Shown in pieces: positions 13,571 to 28,149 of a stretch of DNA of 64,000 nucleotides. The notes under the pieces were generated by a model that saw only the letters and a list, made by a program, of their open reading frames with translations, did not search any database and was not told where the DNA came from. How positions within the stretch are numbered: the first letter of the stretch is position 1; every line of letters starts with the position of its first letter. Made by a program: the position numbers and the translations under genes. This DNA comes from Octopus bimaculoides (taxonomy: Eukaryota): positions 55,429,888 through 55,493,887 of the forward strand of contig NC_068998.1 of assembly GCF_001194135.2 (NCBI RefSeq), written 5' to 3'.

Positions 13571-15999
13571 ATCATCCATTAAAGTGAAAAGAATTTGCGT
13601 TTTACTTGTGTTTGCCTTAAACAATCGTAAATAATACCATTTCATGAGAAACAAACATTAATGATTAATGCTATAAAGTTTAATAAGGGGCTCAAATTTC
13701 ACCCCCTCACCCAATTTTAGATTTTGAACTTTTCATCCATTTATTTATCTATCTGTCTGTCTATTTATCCCTGTCCGTTTACTCATAAAATATATTTGTC
13801 AACTAAATGTGGTGGTCCTATAGAAGACGGTGTTACTGTTGTTTTTAGCCCCAGGAAGACACATCTATCTAATCTCTTTATACACATATCTATATGCTTA
13901 TTGAATTTAAAATTTTGAAAACGTGGTTTCTTGTATATTCGGAATTTCTGTCATCTAAAACATAGGGGAAAAAATTTCAAACAGGAGGGAGAGTGGTGGT
14001 GGGGTTAGAATTTTTTTTTTTTTTTGCATATTTGTAAGCTCTGACATCTAAAATGTAAGAATCCGAAAAAAGATTTTCAAAAGAATGCATTTTTGAAGGA
14101 TAGATGCGAAACTGCATTAGCCTCACATATATATTGAAATATGTATATTAAAACTGAGATATGTTCATGTTAAAAAATACAGGAAGTTAATGAATGTAAG
14201 GAGAAATCTACAAGAGAGACAGCCTAGATACTTCAAACTTTAACAGAGCTTTTTAAAGAATACAAGCATTCCAGCTCTCTTGACAAACAAACATGTGAGG
14301 GAAAGGAAAGAGATTCTATGATAAATAAGGTCAGAGTACTTAGGATACACCCATAATACAATTTAATAATGGCAAAACAAGGGAGAAACTTATACTACAT
14401 TTGAAATGTAAGTGGGTGGAAAAAATATTCAGAATAACAGCCAACTAGAAGTAATCTCTTACCAAAATGAAACTGGAAAAACAATTTCACACTATACATA
14501 AAAACAAAATACTTTGAAAAGTCAGAAAGTATTCTAACTTTTCCAAAATTGCCTGCACTGGAATTTTATTAAGAAATATATATATATATATATAAAAAAG
14601 AGATAAATGAAAAATAAATAACTTTTTATATTTTTACAAGATAGAGCAGTGGTTTCCAAAGTGGACAGTATTGCCCCATGCGGGGTGGGGGTGGGGGTGG
14701 GTTCCAAGGGGCCACTGAAGATGATTGTGGTGATAATGGGGTAGTGATTCATGTAAAAAGAACAAAATAATGGTTAAGTTTTATTTGTGAAATACAGTTG
14801 CTTTGAATTTGCTTCAGAAAGAGGTTTACGTTTGTGAGGATTAGTTGGAGTGGGCGTGCTAGGAGTGTAGCCAGGATGTCAAGGGAGGGAATAAGTTGAT
14901 TACGTTGACCCTAGAGCTTAACTGATACTTATTTTATCAACCCAAAAGGATGAAAGGCAAAATCAACTTCAGTGGAATTTGAACTCAGAATATAAAACTG
15001 GATGAAAAACCATTAAGCACTTCGTCTTACATGTTAATGTTTCTGGTAATGTTGTTGTTGAAGATGAAAATCCTTGCTGACTACACCTATATCAAAGGTA
15101 ATAAATTAAGACTGTATCTCCCAAGAACTTGAATGAAATTTCAAACAAGTAAAATCTAAATCTAAGGCAGCAGCAAAACTAGATATCAGCTATGAAGATA
15201 TGTCATTACATGAGCAATAATTCTGCAAACTGAATTTTCCAAACATTAAAAAAAAAAAACTGATTCTGGCCCAAATAAACAAACGCAGACTAAACAAGGC
15301 AATGGGGCAACAGAAATAGCATTTTCATAAAAGAGACCATTACCATGAAACAGAGAATTATCTAGAATTTCTCTAAAATCATAAATATGATATATGTGGT
15401 ATATTTGGTGGAACAATAACTTACATTGTGTTAGGATATCCACATTTGGCTCTCACCACCACATACATCTTGAGATACAACATAGCAAAGTTACTCTATG
15501 TATGTCTGGCAGCTCAAGTTTGACTTTTAAATGAAAAAGTTCTGTGAGATACATACCAGTCTCCACTTGTCTTAGAAAAGTTACTTTGGAACATTGTATA
15601 TAGACAAACATGAAAAAGGTGCATAAATAACCAACATAACAAATAACCCACATATTGCCCAGAAGTGAATTAAAGGTAGACATGTATCCATCATTCTGTT
15701 GGCAATTGATACAAACGGAATGATATACAACCACATCAGTAAAAATAAACATAAGGACAGACAATACAGCAACAGATATTTCAGAAAATAGTAATACCAG
15801 GATTTGTAAATCTTAAAGTTTTCCCACAAAGTATTTGTTAATCTTGAAGATTTCTATACATAAGTTTCCAAAATATACCTGTCTTTTCAATATAAGGGAA
15901 ACTTGATACTTTTATCTCTCAAACCATAAATAATAGGTAATAATAATGATGATGGGGATGGGGGTGGGTGTTTTTTCCCCACATTAATAGAAGGCCACA

Positions 16000-16560
16000 G
16001 ATTTGTATGGAAGAAATGAAAAGTGAAGTTGTGTAATACTGAGTAACAAATTCAGAAGAATTGGAAGGACATAGCAAATATCTTAGGAAAATAAACAAAA
16101 CAGAAATAGAAAAACCAGAGTCTCAATAGAGACAAAGAGGTTGATTAGTTACGCTAACATTAGCGGTTTCATCGTAATATTCTGTCAGAGATTAAAGCCA
16201 TAACAGACCTATAAAGAAAGATGTGCAGAAAATATGAAAGAATAACTGACCATCTTATGTTCAGACATCACGTTCTACCAACAACAGAATATATCAACTA
16301 ACAACAAAGTATCAGCATTTCTGCATTGAAACATTTTCAGAAACATAAGATAAAATCAACAGAGAAATGGTACAAACACCAAACACCCAGCCACTGAAAA
16401 TGAAAAGGTCACTCTCTCATAGAATACACAAATATCGAAGCAGATAAAGCAATTGATGCCAAGAAGTGAAATATTGTTATGGAAAATGAAAAGAAAAAGA
16501 AAGATTTTTATTGACATGGCCTTATGATTAACAAGAAACAACTGTGTGTGAAAACACACC
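16000..16560 (+). mobile_element. R4/Dong-type LINE C-terminal remnant
   Basis: Degenerate KWY..PNTQPLKMKRSL / ADKAI..PRSEI...FIDMA, resembling the WYEH...TDxxIxAxRPDIV...IDMA restriction-like endonuclease region. Confidence 0.5.
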
Positions 16561-16634
16561 TACTAGAAACTGAAATGAGAAAATATGTGAATATAATGAG
16601 ATAATTACTACCATTGGTTATATGCATATTAGAA

Positions 16635-16720
16635 CTAGAGAGAGAGAGAGAGAGAGAGAGAAAGATAGAGAGAGAGAGAGAAAGAGAGAGAAAAAGAGAG
16701 AGAGAGAGAGAAAGAGAGAT
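16635..16720. repeat. (AG)n microsatellite
   Basis: Read directly; another spans the gap at 18566-18643. Confidence 0.95.
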
Positions 16721-17044
16721 TTCAAAGGGTAATAAATGGAAACATATACTTTTAACACTACAACATGTTTATATTAGATTTTGCATTTAGTAGAAACAAT
16801 ATAGTTAATAACAACAGCAACAATTGTTTCTAATTTAAGAATGAAGCCAGCAATTTTAGGAGGAGATCAGTTGATTGTATGAGTATTAGGTACTTGACTG
16901 GTTCCTTATTTTATCAATGCTGGAGGGATGAAAGGGAAAGATAAGATATAATTGAATATAGTGACAGCAGTATATGACAACATACTTTGTCAAATAATAA
17001 TAAATAATAATAATAACAATAATAACAATATCGAAAATTACCTT

Positions 17045-17180
17045 AGGAATGAGAACCCAGGTTCGAAATTTCCCCAAGACACCTGATGAAGGCTGGAGAA
17101 TATATCAGCCGAAATGTTGTGTCAACAACAAACAAGATGGAGACAAATATTCGTCAAATGTAAGTAATGTATATTTTATC
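17045..17180 (+). mobile_element. Penelope-like element terminal (pLTR-type) fragment
   Basis: The cctgatgaagg...ccgaaa(c/t)gttg signature is typical of PLE ends. It is preceded by an (AAT)n-like tract. Confidence 0.5.
17078..17123 (+). ncRNA. Minimal type I hammerhead ribozyme motif within a Penelope-like element end
   Basis: GACAC-CTGATGA-A-GGCTG[GAGAATATAT]CAGCC-GAAA-TG-TT-GTGTC. Stem I is GACAC/GTGTC, the core is CUGAUGA and GAAA, stem II is GGCUG/CAGCC, stem III is vestigial, and the NUH site is GUU. Confidence 0.6.
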
Positions 17181-18563
17181 AAATTCAGAAAAATGAAAGC
17201 CCTAGCCAACGCCAGAGATTCAAACTCAGAACATAATGGTTCATAGCTAAATACACAAGGTATTTTGGTTGACAATGTAACTTTGGAGAGGCAAAAACAA
17301 ATTTGCCACTAAGGAGATAAACTATGTGAAAGACTAAAAAAAACAAAAAAAAGAAAACAGGATTATCAGTTCAAAGAAATAAACATCTACCACAAATTAT
17401 TTAAATATTTGTGAAATGCATTCAAATTAATGAAAATTAACTTATTTAGATGAGACTAAAGAATCATCTAAAAGCAATTTTGTTGGAAATAGAAGGGAAA
17501 TGCTAACATTCACTGTTGTTAACAGGTGGTACAAATAACAAAAATTATTCTAAGCAAAAAGAAAAAATAGAATTTAAGTAATTTAATCTTGTCTAAAATT
17601 AGAGAATACAATAATAAGGTAACCACTTGTTTATCATCAGATATTGGTGCCATATTCTTAACTAATCAAAGAATGACTCATGCAAAACACACACAAATTA
17701 AAACTCTTGCAGGCAACTGTGTATCTTCATACAATTGCAGAGAGTTAATAATCATTGATTTTCTAGTTGTTATAATTTGTAACTGTAAATCCCTTTCATA
17801 AATGAATCTGTTATGTATCGTGTTTTCAAATATATCATATTTTCTACCTTGTTTTAGAGAGAATCTAAAAAGAGAATAAAACTTTGTTTTCATAAAATGA
17901 TTCAAGAGAAGAAACACGGTCATTTACTGAGGTGTATCTAAACTAATGAAATATTCATTATTTACATAACAACCCTATTGTTTACAATAGTGAATTGTAA
18001 CTTCCCAACTCTATACAGCCAGATATATTGGATCTCTATGAGTCAAATGTCTCAATCAGAAACACCACAGCAATATAATTAACTGAAAAACATCAACATT
18101 TCCACACCCTAGCTGTAATTAACAACACTGAAAAAAAAAAATTCAAAACCCATTAATAGATTAGTAATAATTTATAACCTAATTCTCCATAATTTTGTCA
18201 TCTTTGGGGTGTCCTTTTCGAAAGCTATTTTACTCTGTCTAGTCTTGTTGTTAACTTTCTAGTTCAAGATAAGGAAGGCAGCACCTAGAATAATTAGATT
18301 GATGAAGAATATTTCCTTCCAACATCTATCATTCAGAATACTTCAAATACTCAGTGTGTTTCTGTATGTCTTTCTTTCAACATAGAGACAACGCAATGCA
18401 ACATAGCTTCAAAAACACACACAAAAAAAAAGAAGAAAAATCGCTATATAACAATATAGTTATTTTTGTGTTGTGTGTGTCTGTATGTTTCTGTGTCTCT
18501 CTCAACATAGACACAATGCAACACACTTCAAGAAAAAGAATTTCACAATAATGACTGGCTGTT

Positions 18564-18607
<44 letters not shown>

Positions 18608-19899
18608 NNNNNNNNNNGAAAGAGAGAGAGAGAAAGAGAGAGAGTATGTGAAAGATGAAATTAAAATTTGTTTCAAGAAAAAAGAACAGGCTGTTGTGAC
18701 AGTTGTCACCATAGTAACTAATGATACTGTCACTATATACCAGTTTAGTATTAAAAGAAGGTACATGCATGATTAACGACTATTTTTACTGAGAGTGTAG
18801 TAATGGATAGAGACCTAGTAATAACTAAACACAAATATTAGTTGCTTAGAGTCATTTTGACACAAATTACACATTAGTCATTTGCAATGAGGGCAAAAAC
18901 ATGTTGAACAACTTAATCATAAATGTCATAAAATCCATAAGTATAAAAAAACCATATGAATATTTTATATCTCCTATCAAGTACATGGTAAACCAATAAT
19001 TTTTCCTGAAGATGAGACCATCAGTTCTTCAATTACATATGCCCGAACCCAGTTGAAATATCAGTGTTCTGAGATAGAAGATATTGACTATTCACTGATA
19101 ATCAATATTGTTATCTGAGAAAGTAGGCTTATATAAGTGCTTAAAAGCTACAGAAAATTTAGCATACATACATCTTTACGGTTCAATGTCAGTTTGACCA
19201 GTCACCTGACAAACCTTTCCATAAAGTTGATGGAATATTAGTTGGCTCTGTATGTACTTAGAGTGAATGCACACATTCTTAGGACAGAATAGGTTTGCGG
19301 AAAAGTGTTTACATATTTTATTGTATTTATGGAGCAAAATGCTTGTTTAAACTAGTTGCTTTTTTGTCATATCCAAGTACTTCATTATGAAATGTTATAT
19401 ATTTTTGAATGAGATCAGCAATTCTGAAATCTTTTAAACTTTGTGCTTCATTCACAATCAAACAAAAAAATTACTGGTACACTTTGTGTAGAAGATTTTT
19501 TAAAATTATCATCTAAGGTTAAAAATACAGAAAAAAAAAAAAAAAAACAAACTATTGTCTAGCTTGCTTCATTAATCATACTTGTGTATAGCAAAATTAT
19601 AAATAACATAGTTTTCAAAACATTCAAGTATTTATATAGATTTTCTTAAGCTATAAATTGTCTTTTTCGAGTCCCAAGCACACCACTTCAGAACCACTGC
19701 CATAGATAATGTATAATAAAAATAAATAACAAACACGTCACCTTAGATATCTACATTGTTAACTTCAGAAATTCACAAAGATATCAACATTCATACTGAA
19801 TGTGCAATACAAGAATATTAAAGGAAGGCATATGTTCTATCCTTAAGGGAGGTAGCAGAGGAGACAGGGCAGATGCTAAAAGCTACAAACATACATGTC

Positions 19900-20345
19900 C
19901 CTCTAACTTCCTATATCAGCAAAGTCATGGAACAGATTGTCAGGAGGAAACTGATTGTGTTCCCTGAAGATAATGACTTGCTCCCTGACACCCAGCATGA
20001 CTTCCTTACACAGCTTGTGCAACATCATGACTGGGTGTTGAAACAATGAATTGCTCAAATGTGGATGTGATGTATCTCGATTTTGCAAAGGTTTTTGATA
20101 AGATTGATCGTGGGATGATATGTCACAAGTAATGGGGACTCAGCATAGTTGGAAAACTGGGAGAATGGTTGCATGACTTCTTAAAAGACAGAAGCCAGGC
20201 TGTGACAGCCAATGGAGCCCTCTCCAAGGAGACTGTAATAGCAAGTAGAGTGCTTCAAGGAAGTGTATTGGAGCCACTGTTGTTTACAGTGGCTCTTTCA
20301 GACATGCCATCAGTTACACAGACAACCACACTTACTGTGGTAGCC
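19900..20345 (+). mobile_element. CR1/L2-group LINE reverse-transcriptase fragment
   Basis: DVMYLDFAKVFD...WLHDFLKDRSQAVTANG...VLQGSVLEPLLF, with an in-frame stop. Confidence 0.85.
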
Positions 20346-20479
20346 AGATATATATATATATATATATANNNNNNNNNNNNNNNNNNNNNNNNNNNNNNNN
20401 NNNNNNNNNNNNNNNNNNNNNNNNNNNNNNNNNNNNNNNNNNNNNNNNNNNNNNNNNNNNNNNNNNNNTATATATCATC

Positions 20480-20895
<416 letters not shown>

Positions 20896-22632
20896 ACACT
20901 GTCTACTATTGACGATTTCTCAGCTGACCCTGCTCCTACACATGGATTGTTTTGACATGGAAGAAATATTGACATTATTTTGCTTTCACACAGTTGAAAT
21001 ACTATCCATGTTTATGAGCAAGAAGTAAGTTTCATCAGGTTTTTCAAGGTACATATAAATCTGAAGTTTCGAATTTGTATCTAATGTCACACAGCATAAA
21101 AGACTTCACTCTCTCCCACCTACCAATTATTCAGAATTCTTCATCCAAAATAGATCAGTTAATATCTTTCTATTTATCCATCATTTCCCTACTTCCAGCA
21201 TAACAGATTACTTTTAAATTGTTTATTTGTTCCTCTTAGAACTGACTTAACAATATTCAGTGTCCATCTACACATAGTACTACCGCATGGGAGAAATATA
21301 TACGTAAAAAAAAAGAAAGAAAAATAAGAAAAGAAAAAACACATTTAAACTTAAGAAGAAATGATATTACTATGCAGCTATTGCAAACTTGTATAAACTG
21401 AAATGAAGACAGATAGGCAAGTTGCGTAAATACATCAACACTAACAAACTACACAAAAACAATAATGTAGTTTTGTATGAAAGGTATTATCTGGGTTGTT
21501 TAATAAACACTGCTTGATAGTGAATTGTTCTTCACAAAATGAGAAAGGTTATCTATACATTCAAAGGTATTCCAAAATTATTAACTGTCATGGCATTTCT
21601 GCAACTATTAATATCTTTTAGAAATATCATATCACAGGCCTATACAGATGGAAAAAAAGGTGTAGACATAAATGAAATCAGAGAGGTCTAAATTAAGAAA
21701 ACAATGAGATATCAAATTGCTTTGGTTGTATGTAAGTAAGGTTTCATTTCACCATTTTACAAACAATGGTATTGTTTTATATTGAAAGTGTTTCAAACAA
21801 TATAACTAAGAGGGAAACATCTCTGGGGTGTGTTCTGCATATCAAATACAAATATAATAGAATCATACTAAAGACACGACTCAATTCATTTACAGTCCAA
21901 AAATGGATTGGGTCTGGTCCAAAAACTTCAATAAACTCAGATTATTGGACTTATCTCTCTTGGTTATTGTCTTCAGATTTTAAATACTTCAATAAGTAGT
22001 TTTTGTTTACTAATTACTTGGATATCCTAGTGCCAAAATTTAGCAAGAATATTGCAGACATGAGACCCAACCATATTTCTATAACATAGATGCCTTCCTT
22101 ATATTATGACTACTTCATCTAGATTCAATATTCAAGTTAATGTTTAAGGTTCTACAAGAAGCAATCAAATGTTCAATAACAGTGAGTCACAAGTCATGTG
22201 ACCTGTAAGAAAAAGCAAATCTCTCTCAAGCCACACTCAAGTATTAAAAAAAGAACACATTCAATAATGTAGGCTGGAGTAGAGTCTCTCTGAAAAAAGA
22301 AAAAGACAGAAGGGTCATGGCTGGAATGCATTTGATCGTAGGTCTTAAATTGGGGCTGACTTGAACCTAAACAACAACAGCAACAACTAAGCAATTAAAA
22401 CCCACTGCTATAAAGGGACTGATACGATTTGTAAATCAATAAAAATATAATCCATATAAATATATTTAACATCACTCCTTGACCACTGGGTGCCTTTAAC
22501 GGGGCAGTCCACTCTGTTGCAAGCAAAAGGGCAGTGTCCATGAAAAAAGTCATGAGCACTGCCCTTCTTCTTGCCTAAACGATTATAAAGAATTAATTGG
22601 ATTTCACATTTTTTGACAAAATAGTTTTACTT

Positions 22633-23935
22633 TGTCATCATCATCATTTAACGTCCGCTTTCCATGCTGGCATGGGTTGGACGGTTTGACTGAGGACTGG
22701 CGAGCCAGTGGCTGCACCAGGCTCCAATCTGATCTGGCAGAGTTTCTACAGCTGGATACCCTTCCTAATGCCAACCACTCTGAGAGTGTAGTGGGTGCTT
22801 TTACATGTCACTGGCACGAGGGCCAGTCAGGCAGTACTGGCAACGGCCATGCTCAAAATGGTGTTTTTTACGTGCCACCTGCACAAGACCCAGTCCAGCA
22901 GCACTGGCAATGACCTTGTTCGAATGTTGTCTTTCACGTGCTACCAGCACAAGTGCCAGTAAAGTAACGCTGGTAAATGATCACAAATGAATGGTCCTTT
23001 TTAAGTGTCACCGGCACGGGAACCAGTCATGTGGTGCTGTCATCAAATTTGATTTCGATTTCACATACCTCAACAGGTCTTCGCAAGCAGAGTTTAGTGT
23101 CCAATGAAGGAAAGGTAAGCATAAGTGGGCTTGTTACACCATTGGTATAGACCACAGGTTATGGTCTCACTTGGCTTGCCTGGTCTTCTCACGCACAGCA
23201 TATTTCCAAAGGTTTCGGTCACTAGTCATTGCTTCGGTGAGGCCTAATGTTCAAAGGTCATGCTTCACCACCTCATCTCAGGTCTTCCTGGGTCTACTTC
23301 TTCCACAGGTTCCCTCAACCACTAAGGTGCGACACTTTTTCACACAGCTATCGTCATCCATTCTCGCCACATGACCATACCAGTGCAGTCGTCTCTCTTG
23401 CACACCACATCTGATGCTTCTTAGGTCTCACTTTTCCCTCAAGGCACTTACACTCTGTCGAGTATGCACGCTGACATTACACATCCAGCGGAGCATACTG
23501 GCTTCATTCCTTGGGAGCTTATGCATGTCCTCAGTAGTCATGGCCCATGTTTCACTGCCATGTAGCATGGTTGTTCGTACACATGCGCCATACAGTCTAC
23601 TCTGAGTGAGAGGTCCTTTGTCGCCAGAGCCCTCTGACCTTTGCCCAGGCTTTTCTTATTCTAGCAGCTGCACTCTCAGAGCACCCTCCCCGGCTACTGA
23701 CTTGGTCTCCTAGGTAATGGAAGCTATCAATTACTTCTAGTTTTTCTCCTTGGAATGTGGCAAAAGTTGTTCTCTGCACATTTTCAGTGTTTATTGCTCC
23801 TGAGCATCTGCCGCATACAAAAACTATCTTCCCAGTTAGCCTTCCTTTGATATTACTGCACCTCTTATGTGTCCATAGCTTACACAGATCAAGCAGGGCC
23901 ATCTACCTGAAGGGATTTGTCGATCAGCTCATATT
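22633..23935 (-). mobile_element. RTE-clade LINE, 5'-truncated
   Basis: Minus-strand ORFs CKLWTHKRCS...EKLEVIDSFHYLGDQVSSRGGCSESAAARIRKAWAK; tail (gat)n at 22634-22650. Confidence 0.88.
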
Positions 23936-24292
23936 GTTGAGGTTCTTGTTGAAGATGTCAAAATGCTCCAACAGGTGGTGTGTTGTGTTTCAACTTCCTA
24001 CTTCAGTCTACACAACTCAAATGAGTCAAAAAGGCAATGGTTTGAGGAGTGGACAGCTAGAAATAGTAATCAAATTGAATTTGTTTGAATATGAATTTTC
24101 CTAAATCTCAATCCCACTTTTCCACTTAAGAAACAAAAAGAAAAGTATTTTCAGGTGATTTATCGCTACTACATCTTTTGTATGCACGACAGACATGTAT
24201 AACTATATCTTATTTGCATTAGTAATTACATTCTCATCCTGGCATTTAAAATTTTCGGAAAGTGAAACAACTAATGTTTTCAAATGCAAGCG

Positions 24293-24339
<47 letters not shown>

Positions 24340-27300
24340 CACTTAAAATGCAACGGAATATATTTACATAGGAGAAAAAATAGGGGGGTGGGGTTGGAGT
24401 TGTAATTAGCCTAATCTTAACCTGCTTCGAACTGAAAAAATAATTTCAATTTTCTAGTTTAAAAAAAAAATTGCTGATTTTGAATGCCTAGTGTTCAAAA
24501 TAGAAACCTGAAGGATCAAATCAGCACCATTCCTCAATCGGTGGACACAACCAAATCCACTCACAAAGGCTTTGGTCGGTCCGATGCTAGAGCAGGAGAC
24601 ACTTGCCCAAGGTGCCATCTCATTAAATCTTCCTCAAGACAAGCCCTACTGTCTTTAAAAAAAAGGAAGACCATATTCGATGATGTGTGTCTGCAGAAAA
24701 GACGAATTAGTCACGACTTGAATGACTTTGACCTGCAACTAAACAACGATTGTACGTCAGTGTGCAGAGCAGAATCGTGAGCGAGGTGGCGGCAAGGAGT
24801 TGGACTAACAGCATGCTGTTGCAGGTTTGTTCGATCAGTACCGACTAGGTTTAAACAACAGATAGTCGATCTATATTAATAAAAGTTGTATGAGAAAAGA
24901 CATTGAGCAAATGAATGATTAAGGAGCATCTACCTTGGCGATACTGAGCGAGTGAGGAGGCATTATGTTAGAATGGGAAATGCTTTCTTCCAAAGTATAA
25001 AGAACATACAAGCAGTTTCTTTGTATATTATACGTAAATTTATACAATGTAACAAGTAGGCATAATTCTTGCCCCAAAGATCTTTGGAGGTTATTTTAAT
25101 TGCAATTTTGTAAAAAGGAATAAATAAACCCAGAAAATTCAGTTTTAGTCTTTAAACTTAGGAATGCACACAAACGGGAGTTGAGTTAACCAAAGGAAGC
25201 GCCTAATTGATTACTTGTTGATAAATTCTGGGCAGAATAAGGGATTTAAAACACAGCTTTATATCACTGTATTTATTAGCAATATTTTGTTTATCTAGAA
25301 TAAAATAAAAAAACAAAACATTAATACTAAATTAGGCCTATTCCCGTTTTATCTGTTATCTGAAGACAGGCTGCTGGGATAAAGGTGTGTAAAGTTCAAT
25401 ATATTTGGTTTTGTCACTGTCAGATAAGAGAATGATACTAACACCTTTATATATATTCGATAAGTGAGATGCTAGCCTCAAATTAACTAAATGTTTATCG
25501 CAATGCACAACATGAAAGAATAAGCTTCTAATAGAAGAACGAAGAACCTGTAAAGCCCTTATAATGAAGGAATAAAATACAAAATATATTCAAAGGATAA
25601 ACCATAATGCTTGGGGTTATATATATATATAAAAGAAGGCATTACCATATACAACATATAATCGTTAATAGCATAGACATGTCTAATGTATATTATGATG
25701 ATACAGCGCGATGTATAATTGAGGGAGTGTACATGCCTCTATTTTGTTTGTTTATAGATTTTTAAAAATACAGTTTATATTTGTAAAAACTGATTTTCGT
25801 GATGAAAAAGAATTTATAAATTGTATAAGTTTATGCATAACCGTGTACACCAGACTATATAGCTCTATATTAACATTCTAATCATATCTAACATAGTTTT
25901 ATCATATACGTTAAGATAAATAACAATTTTATCATATATAATATATAGTCGTTGTGACAACATATATAATATACCATATTTTAATCATATAAAACTCCTT
26001 TCTTTATCACTCGTTCCATAATAAAAGAGTAGAGGAAAAGAAAATTAGAGGAAGCTGAACGAAGAGGAGTGGAAATGTATAAAATAGAGATGTAGGATTC
26101 GATAAACGATGATTTCAAAAATAAGACAATTGAAAATAAAAATGACATTTTAAAATAATGAGTCAGCGGTCGGTAAAGAAGAAGACCCATAAATAAATTC
26201 AGGGGACAATTTAAAGAAGTACAAAATTATTAAAGTTCTTTTGTATGCTAAGAGCCAAAATATTCTTACCCCTCAAGGAAATATAAAGCATTTTTTTTTA
26301 GAAATTAATGAAAGCAATTAAAGTCTCCCAACATTAAACGAGGACGAAGAGAGAGATTTTTATCGAAATGACTGGGGACGAAGCAACTGGAGAGGAGTAT
26401 AATTTATTGGGATATAATAGTATCAGGGATATTTCTATGTGTAGGCATTACTGGCGTGTCAAGTGAGAGAAGGAAGAAAGAGAAATGATTACAAACCGAC
26501 ATGAGGTTCTGTTGTGTAAGTAAAATGGTGATGGGAAGGGGGGGGGCAGACCAGACGACAGAGACACACAGAATATGTTGAGAGCTAAATAAATAAACAG
26601 AAATTATTGAGACGGGATTGAACAAATGTCATTCACGTATCTTACCAATCTGTTTTTGATGGTTCTAATGATAAAAATGGTTTATAAAAACGAATTCTTT
26701 TACCTGTTACTTGTAAAGGTTTCCGTGAATGCCTCGGCGTTTTTTTTTCTTGGTCCCCAACCCGGTACAAGGATGAGTAATCACTATGCGACAAGTGATT
26801 GGATAAATTAAAAATGCGAGTTAAAATGCTTTTAAAACATTAAATATAAAATCATAATTGTTTATATAATTTTTAATAACCAATAATAGAATTTTACTTG
26901 AAATGATGTTATTTAGTATTTTCTGCTCATACTGACAATACCACTGGAGTCGTAATGTCTCGTGTTGATTGTAATATGTCGTGTCTCTTCCTCTTGTAGT
27001 TGTCTTTATTTACTTAATACATTACGCTGTATTAAATTATTGTGGAATAGACTGGTCTCTTTCTACCTTATTTTCTTTGCAGTAATTTTATCTCCTTATG
27101 TCAACATTTCCACGATGGGTCTATTTTTATCGAGTCTACAAGAATGAGCCACTATTTAAAACATTGAATTAACAATCATTCAACTGTCTTCTCCCGCCTC
27201 GAATGAAGAGAGAAATAGTCTTGTAATAAAGCAGCTTTTTTTTTTTTTTGCTTAATATCAACGGTTTTATATTAATTTAACGTTAACATCCTTAAAATCA

Positions 27301-27529
27301 ACATTAATGGTAATAAATGTAGCAAAAACTTTTCAACTTAAAGATATTCCTCCCCAACCCAAATTCTCTGGAGAATTCTGAAATTTTCCCCAGTTTCAGA
27401 AATGCGACATTAACAAGATTTGCTGTGGATAATAATTAAATGTCTTCGGTAAAAGAAACAAACAAAAGAGTAAAGATAAAATATGAGGCGATGAATTATC
27501 AATAGAAATCCTGTCTGAACTTTTATTTT

Positions 27530-27930
27530 TTATGTTCCCTAAAACAAAGACATTGTCGATATACTGCGGGGCCAGCTCGTTTCAGAAAAATTGGGAATCG
27601 GTCAAAACTAATTGCTGTTAACAAGTTCCAAAAATTGGAGTTTAGTGTGTTTTTGTGGGAAGAAGGGAGTGAAGGTATTCCACAATCGAAGAGATAATAT
27701 GGAAGACCTGTGCGTGATGCTAGTTGCAAAAACTGAAAATCAGGACAGGAGACGAGGTCAGATGTGGGTATATCCGGTAGTTTTAAGGAGAGGACAAACG
27801 AAAGAAGGTTAAATTCGTGATGGGAGTAAAAGCAGACAACAATCGGGTTTATATTATAATTGTCCGAGAGAGTAGGCAAATAAATAGCTTTCTTCTGCAT
27901 TCTGTTTAAGACGTCAATAACCAAAGGCTT
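27530..27930 (-). mobile_element. Old CR1/L2 (Crack/Daphne-like) LINE 3' remnant
   Basis: VLNRMQKKAIYL resembles LDRIQKKAIRL, and LWNSL/LDRF-like remnants follow. Confidence 0.5.
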
Positions 27931-28149
27931 TCTAGCGCGATTCTAAAACATGTCAACAGTCTTCTTATTCTAGTCTGAGTATATAATAGCACTAAAACGA
28001 AGGCATGATTTCTTTAATATTGTTTTGGCAGTGTAAAGAATTTCTTACTTAAACATGTGAAAAGAATCCACGAAGATGGAAAAAGGGTATATATTGTAGT
28101 TCTCTCCCTATTCTGCAAACGAGGGTAGAACAAAAGTGCCATAGTGTGA

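Noticed and set aside
15556-15811. Hydrophobic minus-strand ORF (LQILVLLFSEISVAVLSVLMFIFTDVV...) with a gtatgt donor
   Set aside because: The acceptor is weak, no phase-compatible neighbouring exon or family motif was found, and T/G-rich strands give hydrophobic frames by chance (two overlapping frames are equally hydrophobic).
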